Origin: Candidatus Marinacidobacterium sp.
Lineage (GTDB): Bacteria; Acidobacteriota; Vicinamibacteria; Marinacidobacterales; Marinacidobacteraceae
Direction: 5' to 3'
Length of the DNA stretch: 64,000 nt
NCBI GenBank assembly: GCA_965243415.1
Contig: OZ251549.1
Span: 4,311-68,310, forward strand
In this document: piece by piece, positions 1-8,019 of the stretch
How the letters are laid out: each line of letters starts with the position of its first letter
How positions within the stretch are numbered: the stretch's first letter is position 1
The notes under the pieces: model-generated
Told to the model about the DNA's origin: nothing
The model's input: the letters and a program-made list of their open reading frames with translations, nothing else
Database searches by the model: none
Translations under genes and position numbers: made by a program

Positions 1-738
1 ATCCCGGTCCACATGTCCGGCGAGGTGGCGAATGTGCGCGGCCACACGCTGGACTACGACATCGAGTCGCTGCAGAAGTTCCCGGGGATCCTGGAGGACG
101 GGGAAGAGGTGGTCTTCTCCGAGAAACTCCACGGGACCTGGACCTGCTTCGGGTTCGACCCCGGCCTCGAGCACGACGAGTTGCTCGAGGGCGGGACGAT
201 CATCTCCTCGAAGGGGCTCAGCAGCACCGGCCTGGTCTTCAAGTGGAACGAGGCCAACGCGGAGAACCTGTATGTCCGCATCTTCCGGAAACTGCTGCTC
301 GACACCGGTCTCTGGACGCGGATCGTGGAGGCGGCGCGCTCGGCGGGCGAGCCCCTCTACCTGCTCGGGGAGACCTTCGGGCGCAAGGTCCAGGATCTGG
401 AGTACGGCCAGACGACGCCGGCGTTCCGCGCCTTCGACCTCTACCGGGGCGCTCCCCGGGTGGGTCGGTTCGAGTCCCGGACCGCGCTGTTCGCGCAGTT
501 GGCGGACTGGGGGATCGAGTCGGTGCCGGTGCTCTACCGGGGGCCGTTCTCGCTGGCGGAAGCGGAGAAGTGGCGCGACGGCCGCTCGACGCTCACCGAC
601 GCCCATGTGCGCGAGGGGATCGTGATCACTCCCGCCGAGGAGCGTTCCTACCCGAAACTCCCGATGGCCCGCGTCCAGTTGAAACTGGTCAGCCCCGACT
701 ACCTCCTCCGCCGCGGCAAGACGACGGACTTCGTGTAG
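1..738 (+). CDS. RNA ligase, DRB0094/Rnl2-like nucleotidyltransferase (5' end lies outside window)
   Basis: Motif I EKLHGT, then GETFG..VQDLEYG, AFDL, VPVLYRGPF, REGIVI and KLVSPDYL; frame is open from base 1. Confidence 0.8.
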   Translation: MPVHMSGEVANVRGHTLDYDIESLQKFPGILEDGEEVVFSEKLHGTWTCFGFDPGLEHDELLEGGTIISSKGLSSTGLVFKWNEANAENLYVRIFRKLLLDTGLWTRIVEAARSAGEPLYLLGETFGRKVQDLEYGQTTPAFRAFDLYRGAPRVGRFESRTALFAQLADWGIESVPVLYRGPFSLAEAEKWRDGRSTLTDAHVREGIVITPAEERSYPKLPMARVQLKLVSPDYLLRRGKTTDFV

Positions 739-801
739 GTTCGAGCAGGGCGACTTCGGGGAACGCCGCGCCGGCGGAGCCCGGCGAGAACGCGCCGGCA
801 G

Positions 802-2073
802 TCAGACTCGGCTGCCGGCGAGACGGGAGATCGGGGCGCCGCTTCGAGTCGAGTCGAACGGGCCGTCGAGATGTCCTTCGGCCCACAGGAGGCCGAGGTG
901 CCCCCCGGCTTCGACGGACTCGACGACGCCGGCCACTTCGGCGGCTCGGCAGGTCTCGGTGGTCCCGGCTTCGTTGCGCCAGAGGACGCGCACTTCCCGG
1001 GGGCGGAGCACGCCGAGGAAGAACGGGGAGTGGGTCGCCGCAAGCAGTTGGATCTGCCCCACGGCGCCCCGGCACTCTTCGGCCAACTCGGGCAGCAGGC
1101 GCGGATGGAGGGAGGCCTCCGGCGTGTCCAGGGCGAGAAGACGCGCGGACTCGGCGTCATGGAGCCGGCACAGCGTGGCGAGAACTTTCGTGGTCCCGCC
1201 GGAGGCGAGGCGCGCGGGGAGGGGTTCCGGAAACGAGGTTTCCTCGATCCGGAGGCAGGGACGACCCGTCGCGGCGGTCTCCGACACCAGCCGCCCGAAG
1301 CGGGGAATCCAGCGCCGGAGCGGAGCCATGAATCGTCGGAACCGCTCCGGGTCCCGGGCGCTCAGTCGCTGAACGACCTGCGCCAGGTCGGCGTCGGATC
1401 CCCCGGGCCCCGGCGGCGACGGACCGGGCGTCGCGTCACGCGATACCCGCCACCCGCGGAGGAACTCCCGGAGCGCCGCGGCGCGGGGGTGATCGCGGAA
1501 CTGGCCGAACGCGGCGGCGGCGAGCAGATCCGGCGACGAGAGGTGGAAGTCTCGAGGTTCGGCGTCGGCGGTGGGCGTCTCGCCCCCGATCACGCGACCC
1601 CGGCCGCGGTCGCAATCGAGAAAACGGAGCGGCGCTTCCCGCGGCCGCGGCTTCCAGCGAAGCCATTCACGAGCCACGATCGGCCCCCTGCCCTGCTCTT
1701 CGATCTCCAGGTGGTAGGTAATGGCCGGCGCCCGCTTCCGTTCGCGGTACGCCAGTTCGAAGACGATCGGCCCATCGGAGCCGCGCGTCCGGATTCCCTC
1801 GGCTCCCCCGCAGCCGGCCCAGGCGCGCGCGAGTCCGGTACGGAAACACTCCCCGAGGAACGCCACCGCGTCCCCGACGGTGGACTTGCCGCACCCGTTC
1901 GGCCCCACCAGCACCGTGAGCGGAGTCAGGTTTCGGAATTCCACCCGACGCAGGACCCGAAAGTTCCGGATCCGCAGCGATTCGAGCCGCACGGAGTCGG
2001 GGGCTCTTTCGGACTCATCGGACGCGGCATCCTCGTTGCCGACCCGGCAGCCTCGCCGCGTCCTCTTCGTCAC
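802..2073 (-). CDS. ABC/SMC-like ATPase (AAA_21/AAA_15 type) with degenerate Walker B
   Basis: LRIRNFR N-terminus, Walker A GPNGCGKS, signature-like SGGT, LLALDTPEASLHP, H-loop ATHSP; exact start uncertain. Confidence 0.8.
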   Translation of the reverse strand: MTKRTRRGCRVGNEDAASDESERAPDSVRLESLRIRNFRVLRRVEFRNLTPLTVLVGPNGCGKSTVGDAVAFLGECFRTGLARAWAGCGGAEGIRTRGSDGPIVFELAYRERKRAPAITYHLEIEEQGRGPIVAREWLRWKPRPREAPLRFLDCDRGRGRVIGGETPTADAEPRDFHLSSPDLLAAAAFGQFRDHPRAAALREFLRGWRVSRDATPGPSPPGPGGSDADLAQVVQRLSARDPERFRRFMAPLRRWIPRFGRLVSETAATGRPCLRIEETSFPEPLPARLASGGTTKVLATLCRLHDAESARLLALDTPEASLHPRLLPELAEECRGAVGQIQLLAATHSPFFLGVLRPREVRVLWRNEAGTTETCRAAEVAGVVESVEAGGHLGLLWAEGHLDGPFDSTRSGAPISRLAGSRV

Positions 2074-2115
2074 AATTCGGGAACCGTCGCCGATTCACGC
2101 GCCGACCGTCCGGTG

Positions 2116-2904
2116 TCAGTCTGTAGTCGATTGGACGAGCATCTGCTCGAACCGGTCCCTCTGCGACCAGAGCACCACTCCCGACACGTGCCCCACCAAG
2201 CAGAAGTGCTCATCCTTCCACACATCGTGGGTGTCGTCGAAAACGGACAGCATCGCCAGTTCGGACTCCTTTTCGCGCAGATGGCGCAGGTCGAGCCACC
2301 CTGTGACGACATGCTCGGTCTGACGCATCGCTCCGCTCTTCGACCCGGTGCTCAGGAGGAAAACGAGCGATGTCCGGCCGTTCGCTGCAGTCCGGTAGTC
2401 GATGGTCCACTTCCTCCCGGAGAATCCGTTCAGACGAATGCCCCGCTCGTATCCGATATCTCTCTCGGAGAGCCACTCTCCCACCTCGTCACGCATGCTG
2501 CCGGCGTCGGGTGTTCTCATGGTGAAGGAAACGCCAGCGACCTGAACGATGGCTTGGGCCAGTCGGAGGACGGCCTCTCCGATCTGTTCCAGTGCGTTCG
2601 CCGGCAGTTCCAACTGACCCGCCCGCAACTCGATGCGGAGAGTTCGACAGATGCCATGGATCAACTGCATCTGCTTCGGCGAGCGCTGGTCTGCATCCGA
2701 CTTCATCTGCAGCCATCCCAAGGCCTCGCCGAAGTCGGTCACGTACCAAGAGTCGCCGCGTTCGGCGACGAACACATCCACCACGCCACCGTCCGGGTAC
2801 AGCATCGGGGTCGTTACGCGCACTCGCCCGCGGGGCGCGGGCCGGCACGAAAACAACGCCGGCACCGCGCGGGCGACCTGCCGGTACAACTCGTCGACAT
2901 TCAT
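2116..2904 (-). CDS. DUF1828 (plus DUF1829-like) domain protein
   Basis: VTTPMLYPDGGVVDVFV..VTDFGEAL N-terminal motif; GFSGRKWTIDY in C-terminal half; ATG at 2904 overlaps upstream stop (ATGA). Confidence 0.7.
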   Translation of the reverse strand: MNVDELYRQVARAVPALFSCRPAPRGRVRVTTPMLYPDGGVVDVFVAERGDSWYVTDFGEALGWLQMKSDADQRSPKQMQLIHGICRTLRIELRAGQLELPANALEQIGEAVLRLAQAIVQVAGVSFTMRTPDAGSMRDEVGEWLSERDIGYERGIRLNGFSGRKWTIDYRTAANGRTSLVFLLSTGSKSGAMRQTEHVVTGWLDLRHLREKESELAMLSVFDDTHDVWKDEHFCLVGHVSGVVLWSQRDRFEQMLVQSTTD

Positions 2905-3350
2905 GCCCACAACTCCTGTGGGACCAAGGGCGTCTGCATGACTCCTTCGTGGCGCAGACGCGCCTCCCCGCAGAACTGCCTCCACACTTCTATGGGTCGA
3001 TCCCAGGACTCCGTGATGTCGTCCGGCATATACGCCTGCCGGTCCTGGTACTTCTCGCTCCAGGCGTGCTTGTGCGGCCCACCGACGAGACGACCATCGG
3101 GATTTCGATGATCGGCGCCGAGATCCAGAGCGTAGATGCGACCCGCGGAGCCATGCACGAGGAGATAGGACAACGTTCCCGCGTCCGGGTTGTAGCGCCC
3201 CACGACGATGAGCGGATGGTCGGCGTCGGACCCGACGGACACTCGAAACTTCACGGTTCGAGACCGGCCCGGGTCCGGCGTCCAGACCACGTCCCCCCGG
3301 ACCGTCTTGGACTTATCGGCGAGGATCGCCTCGAACTCTTCATCGGTCAG
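2901..3350 (-). CDS. DUF6978-like protein
   Basis: Frame extends upstream of the ORF-track GTG as LTDEEFEAILADKSKTVRGDVVW; contains GRIYALDLGADHRNPDG..HKHAWSE; start (CTG about 3350) is inferred. Confidence 0.6.
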   Translation of the reverse strand: MTDEEFEAILADKSKTVRGDVVWTPDPGRSRTVKFRVSVGSDADHPLIVVGRYNPDAGTLSYLLVHGSAGRIYALDLGADHRNPDGRLVGGPHKHAWSEKYQDRQAYMPDDITESWDRPIEVWRQFCGEARLRHEGVMQTPLVPQELWA

Positions 3351-3422
3351 TCCCGCGGACGAACTCGCACTCCCTCCCGCTGCCGTCTTCCTGAGTCCGA
3401 TACGGCCGACCCCTCGGCGTGG

Positions 3423-3428
3423 ATTCTA
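3423..3428 (-). promoter_or_regulatory. Putative sigma70 -10 box (TAGAAT) for the DUF6978 operon
   Basis: Near-consensus AT-rich hexamer in very GC-rich DNA about 70 bp upstream of the gene. Confidence 0.35.
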
Positions 3429-3560
3429 CCGGAAAAAGCCGAGGCACATCGCGGCCTCTGCGCCGACCGCCGGTCCGCACCGTCCGACCCGTGGTTCCCG
3501 CCACCGGGGTCGGGCAGCAGCGGCGGGAAGAGTCGGAGCACCCACCCGAAAAAGGCATGG

Positions 3561-4055
3561 TCAGGGGTGGCGCCAGGTTTCGACGATTCGGGTTCCCTCG
3601 CCGCCGGGGGCCCAGATGACGAGGGCCTTCACCGGGGGGCCGTCGGGGTCGGTTCGGTGGTTCACCTGCGACGGGGGGCGGACGAAGCCGAGGTCGCCGG
3701 GGCCGAGGGTCTCGGAGACGCCGTCCACGACATGTTCCAACGCGCCGGAGAGGACATAGAAGACTTCGGTGGCGCCGTGGCGGTGGTCGCCGGAGTCCGT
3801 GCCCGGCGGGAAGGTGATCTCCCCGACCTGCAATTCGCCGCCGCCGAGGTTCGACTCGGAGAGGAGGAGGCGGATCTCGGTGCCGCTCGCGCTCCGGAAG
3901 GAGCCGAGGTCGGCGGCGGATGCGTCCTGCGGGGCGGCCGCTTCGGCAGCGGGGGGCGAACGGTGGAGGCCGAGCGCGGCGGCGGCGGCGATTCCGAGCG
4001 CGAAACCGAGGGCGGCGACGGTGGAACGGGAAGGGGCGAAGGAGGATCGGCTCAT
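3561..4055 (-). CDS. Secreted cupin-domain protein
   Basis: Signal-peptide-like N-terminus; cupin motifs HRHGATEVFYVLSG and PGDLGFVRPPSQVNH. Confidence 0.8.
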   Translation of the reverse strand: MSRSSFAPSRSTVAALGFALGIAAAAALGLHRSPPAAEAAAPQDASAADLGSFRSASGTEIRLLLSESNLGGGELQVGEITFPPGTDSGDHRHGATEVFYVLSGALEHVVDGVSETLGPGDLGFVRPPSQVNHRTDPDGPPVKALVIWAPGGEGTRIVETWRHP

Positions 4056-4104
4056 TCCCCGAACGGTAACCGCCGGGCCCGCCCGGAGGCCGGGGAAGGG
4101 TCCG

Positions 4105-5283
4105 CTACCGGGATTCCGGGTCGCGGTCGGAGGTGCGCCGGCGGGCGATGCGGTCGAGTTGGGGCTGGATGGCGGACATCACCGCGGCGAAGACCACCAG
4201 CGCCCAGCCCACCGAGAGCACCAGTTGGGCGCCGGTGAGCAGCCGGGCGGCGCCGGAGGCGGGAGTGATGGGGGAGTAGGGCTCGGCGATCGCCGCATAG
4301 AACGAGAACAGGATCCAGTCGCCGACGCCGGCGCCGGCGGCCCCCGAGAAGGAGCCGGGGTGGAACCGCTCCAGCATCCCGGAGAAGCCGGCGAAGACCA
4401 CGATGATCGCCAGGTAGCCGATGGCGAAGCCGCCGATGGGGATCCACATCACCCGCAGGTACTCGGCGAGGTCCAGGTACACCCGGAGCCTCGGGCGGAG
4501 GAAGCCGGCGAGGGCGCGGGCGCCGAGGAACACCGGCAGCGGGACCAGGATCAGCGTGGACGCCGCCCGGAGCGCCGCCTCCGGGAGCGGGCGGTCCGGG
4601 CGGGCTTCCAGGACGCTGATGAGCGTCACCAGGACGAACATCGCCAGGAAGGCCGCGAGCAGGAGGAGCGGCGGACGCGGGAATCCCCGACCGGAAGCGT
4701 CCCGGCCGAAGAAGCCGGCGTAGAAGGTGGTCGCCGGAACCACCACCAGCGCCCCGACGGCGCCGAGGACGCCGAGCGGCCCGAGGAGCAGGCCGAAGCC
4801 GAGGAGGCCGGAGACCAGGAGCGACTCCCGGGCCGCCTCCCGGTATCCGGCGCTGCGGGAGGGGCCGAGTCCCTCCATGAGGCCGACAGCGAGGGCCAGC
4901 ACCGGCGGGATGAGCGGCCCCGGGTTCGCGGAGTACCCGGCGGCGATGAGCGTCGTGGCGACCCCGACCAGGACGCCGACGAGGATGCCGATCAGCCGCC
5001 CGTTCCGGTCACCGAGCCGCAGGCAGAGGCCGAGGCCGACCGCCAGGCCGGAGACCGCGCCGAGGGCCACCCGGTCGGGGGCCGCGGTCGTCGCCCAGCC
5101 GAAGGGAACGGTGACCAGGGCCACCGCCGCCGCCACCTGCGCGGCGTGAAGGGCTCGGCGGCCGATCCGGCGACCGATATGGCCGCCGATCCGACGACCG
5201 AAATGGCGGCCGATCCAGTGTCCGATCCGACGACCGATCGGGGCCCGGCGACCGGAGCCCTCGGCGGACGGGGGAGAAGACAA
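4105..5283 (-). CDS. Multi-pass membrane protein with C-terminal Ion_trans_2-like (2TM-pore) module
   Basis: Many hydrophobic segments; DWILFSFYAAIAEPYSPITPASGAARLL resembles the K-channel pore helix/ITP motif; start uncertain. Confidence 0.55.
   Translation of the reverse strand: MSSPPSAEGSGRRAPIGRRIGHWIGRHFGRRIGGHIGRRIGRRALHAAQVAAAVALVTVPFGWATTAAPDRVALGAVSGLAVGLGLCLRLGDRNGRLIGILVGVLVGVATTLIAAGYSANPGPLIPPVLALAVGLMEGLGPSRSAGYREAARESLLVSGLLGFGLLLGPLGVLGAVGALVVVPATTFYAGFFGRDASGRGFPRPPLLLLAAFLAMFVLVTLISVLEARPDRPLPEAALRAASTLILVPLPVFLGARALAGFLRPRLRVYLDLAEYLRVMWIPIGGFAIGYLAIIVVFAGFSGMLERFHPGSFSGAAGAGVGDWILFSFYAAIAEPYSPITPASGAARLLTGAQLVLSVGWALVVFAAVMSAIQPQLDRIARRRTSDRDPESR
5161..5240. repeat. 12-bp tandem repeat (about GCCGATCCGACG), encoding (I/F)GRR repeats
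   Basis: Visible periodicity; translates as IGRRIGHWIGRHFGRRIGGHIGRRIGRR. Confidence 0.7.
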
Positions 5284-5924
5284 GGGCGGGGTCGCAACGG
5301 CGCCCCGGGCCGGCGCCGCGCTCCAAGTTTTTCACAGGTCGGCGGGCGCGCCTCCGGTGCCGAAACCCGGCGGTGCGGGCCCCGGGCCGGCGCTCTCGAG
5401 TTCCCGGAGAAATCGGTCGGGACGCCCGGAGGAGGACCCGGTATCCCGTCGCCGGGGCGAACCGGCCGGGTCGTTCGGGGTGACCGACTCGAGCGGGGCC
5501 GATCGGTCCCGGAGGACCCTCGCGGTGTCCCGGGGTCGGGACTTCCCCGGGGCGCTGCGGGCGGCCCTCCTGCGGGCGGGTGCGGTTCGGGGCGCGGGGC
5601 CCTCCATCCGTCGCGACCGCGAGGAGCCGGGCACGGCGGCGGCGGCACTCCGCCGGCGTCGGTCGGTCGGCGCCCGAGGGGCGCCCGGCCGGCGCGCCGC
5701 CCGCTCCGGGGGGAGTGGCGGAGGCAGGGACGGATCTTCCGCTTCCCCGGGTTCCGGTACGCCCCGGCGCGGACTTGCGAAGAGGCCGGATCCCATCGGG
5801 AACGGGCGGCGGCTACTCCCGCGTTCCGGGCGTGGGCCGAACGGCGGGGGCCCGGAGCCGGACCCCTCGCTCCCCGACCGCCGACCGGCCGGACAGCGGC
5901 GAGGCGGCGGCCGGATCGAGGCGC

Positions 5925-6580
5925 GGCCGGGGTTCGCGGCCGTTACCGAGCCGTGATGGTCGGCGAAGCCGAGCAGTCCGGGCGGCGCCGGGCGTCTTCG
6001 TTCATCGAGACCCTGCGCCCGGACGGGCCAACTGTCACCGGCGGGTCGGAAGCCGGGAGAGCGGCCCGGCACCCTCGCCGGCGCGCTTCAGGACGAATCT
6101 GCCGGAGCCCGGGCCGGGGGCGGGACTCCGCGGGCTTCGGCCGTTACCGGGCCGAAGTGCTCGCGGAAGCCGAGCGGGCCGGGGCGGCACCGGACTTCTT
6201 CGTTCATCGAGACCCTGCGCCCGGACGGGCCAACGGTCACCGGCCGGCCGGAACCCGGGAGAACGGCCCGACACCCTCGCCGGCGGGCACTTCAGGATGA
6301 GTCTGCCGGAACCCGGGCCGGGGGGACCGGATTCCGGGGGCTCCGGGCGTCACCGGGCCGTGGTGCTCGCGGAAGCCGGGCGGGCCGGGCAGCGCCGGGC
6401 GTCTTCGTTCATCGGATCCCCGCGCCCCGGCGGGGCCGCCCGTCAGCGGCAGGTCGGACGCCGCGCGAGCATTCCGAAACCCTCGCCGGCGGGCGCCGCC
6501 GGCCGAATCGGCGGGCGCCTCAGGCGGAATCGGCGGGAGGCCGGGCCGGGGGCGCGATTCCGGGGACTTCCGGGCGAGGG
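5925..6580. repeat. About 3 diverged tandem copies of a ~200-bp unit that includes the rlmB 3' end
   Basis: TTCGTTCATCG(A/G) at ~5998, ~6199 and ~6404; TCAGG..GGGCCGGGGG at ~6088, ~6292 and ~6520 (rlmB stop). Confidence 0.7.
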
Positions 6581-8019
6581 TCCCCGGCGGGCCGCTCCGG
6601 GGCGGTCGCGGAGCGCCCGGGGCCACCGGAACCCGCAGCGCGGGCGGCGGCGCGCTGGCGGACGGCTTCGTAGAGGGCGATGCCGGCGGCGACGGACACA
6701 TTCAGCGAGCGGGCGCTTCCCGCCTGCGGCAGCGAGAGCAGGAGATCGCAGCGCGCCGAGACCCCCGGACGCAGGCCGCGGCCCTCGGAACCGACCACCA
6801 GCGCCACCGGCTGGGTCCAGTCGAACTCGTGCCAGGGCGCCGCGCCCTTCGGGGTCAGCCCCACGGTCCAGAACCCGGCCCGACGGAGCGCCAGCAGAGC
6901 CGCCCCGGCCCCGGAGACGCGCACCAGGCGGGCGGAGGCGAGCGATCCCGCGGAAGCGGCGACCGCCACCGGGGAGGGCGGCGCCGCGCCCCGGCGGGGG
7001 ACGAGTACTGCGTCCACGCCGGCCCCGTCGGCGGTGCGGACCAGCGCGCCGAAGTTCCGGGGGTCCTCGATCCGGTCGAGCAGCAGGAGGAGGTCCGGGG
7101 TCGGGTCGGAGGCCAGGAGGTCGGGGAGCGTGCCCCAGCGCACCGGGGAGACCTCGGCGGCGGCGCCCTGGTGGCGGAGTGGCGGACCGGCGGCGCCTCC
7201 GGACGCTTCCGCGGCCAGCCGGGCGGCGAGGCGGTCGAGACGGTCGTTGGGGAGCCGGTGCACCGGGACACCGCGGGCGCGGGCGATCTTGAGCAGGGCC
7301 TGGTGCCGGGGCTCCAACCGCCCGGTGCGGAGGAGCACCCGGCGAACCTGCTCCGGGACGGTCTGCAGGGTCTCCGCCACCCGGGCCGGGCCGAAGACCC
7401 AGGTCGGCTCGGTCGCGCCGCCGCCGGGCGCCGGTTCCGTCCGCGCCGGCTCCCCGCTCCGGGGCTTCCCGTCCTTGCGGGGCTTTTCCTCGCTCCGGGG
7501 TCTCCCGTCCTTCCGGGGATTCCCGTCCCTGCGCGCCTTCTCCTCGCTCCGGGGCTTCCCGCCCCTGCGGGGATTCCCGTCCTTCCACCCCTGCTCCTCG
7601 CTCCGGGGCTTCCCGCCCTTGCCGGGCTTCCCGTCCTTCCGTCCCTTCTCCTCGCTCCGGGCCTTCCCGTCCCTGCGGGGATTCCGGTCCTTCCACCCCT
7701 GCTCCCTGCTCCGGGGCCTCCCGTCCTTCCGGGGCTTCCCGTCGCTCCGGGCCTCTTCGGCCTTGCGGGGCTTCCCGTCGTTGCGGGCCTTCTCGTCGCT
7801 CCGGCGCTTCCCGTCCTTGCGGGGCTTCTCCTCCTTCCGGAGATTCTCCGGCTTCCGGACCTCGTCCTCCCGGCGCGGCTTCTCCGCCCGCCGCGCCTTC
7901 TCCTCTTTCCGGGCCGGCCCCTCCCTTCGGGGTCCCCTCTCCCTCCGGACCTTCCCGTCCTTCGCGTCGGTCTCGCCGTTCCCGCGCCGGCGGGAGGGCG
8001 TCCGGGAGCGGTCGCTCAT
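6520..8019 (-). CDS. rlmB: 23S rRNA (Gm2251) methyltransferase RlmB (SpoU/TrmH family) with long repetitive N-terminal extension
   Basis: HQGAAA, LLDRIEDPRNFGALVRTADGAG, VVGSEGRGL and SLNVSVAAGIALYE motifs. Confidence 0.9.
   Translation of the reverse strand: MSDRSRTPSRRRGNGETDAKDGKVRRERGPRREGPARKEEKARRAEKPRREDEVRKPENLRKEEKPRKDGKRRSDEKARNDGKPRKAEEARSDGKPRKDGRPRSREQGWKDRNPRRDGKARSEEKGRKDGKPGKGGKPRSEEQGWKDGNPRRGGKPRSEEKARRDGNPRKDGRPRSEEKPRKDGKPRSGEPARTEPAPGGGATEPTWVFGPARVAETLQTVPEQVRRVLLRTGRLEPRHQALLKIARARGVPVHRLPNDRLDRLAARLAAEASGGAAGPPLRHQGAAAEVSPVRWGTLPDLLASDPTPDLLLLLDRIEDPRNFGALVRTADGAGVDAVLVPRRGAAPPSPVAVAASAGSLASARLVRVSGAGAALLALRRAGFWTVGLTPKGAAPWHEFDWTQPVALVVGSEGRGLRPGVSARCDLLLSLPQAGSARSLNVSVAAGIALYEAVRQRAAARAAGSGGPGRSATAPERPAGDPRPEVPGIAPPARPPADSA
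7450..7900. repeat. Coding 18-bp tandem repeats (KPRKDG/KPRSEE) in the rlmB N-terminus
   Basis: Repeated CTCCGGGGCTTCCCGTCC-like units on the + strand. Confidence 0.8.
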
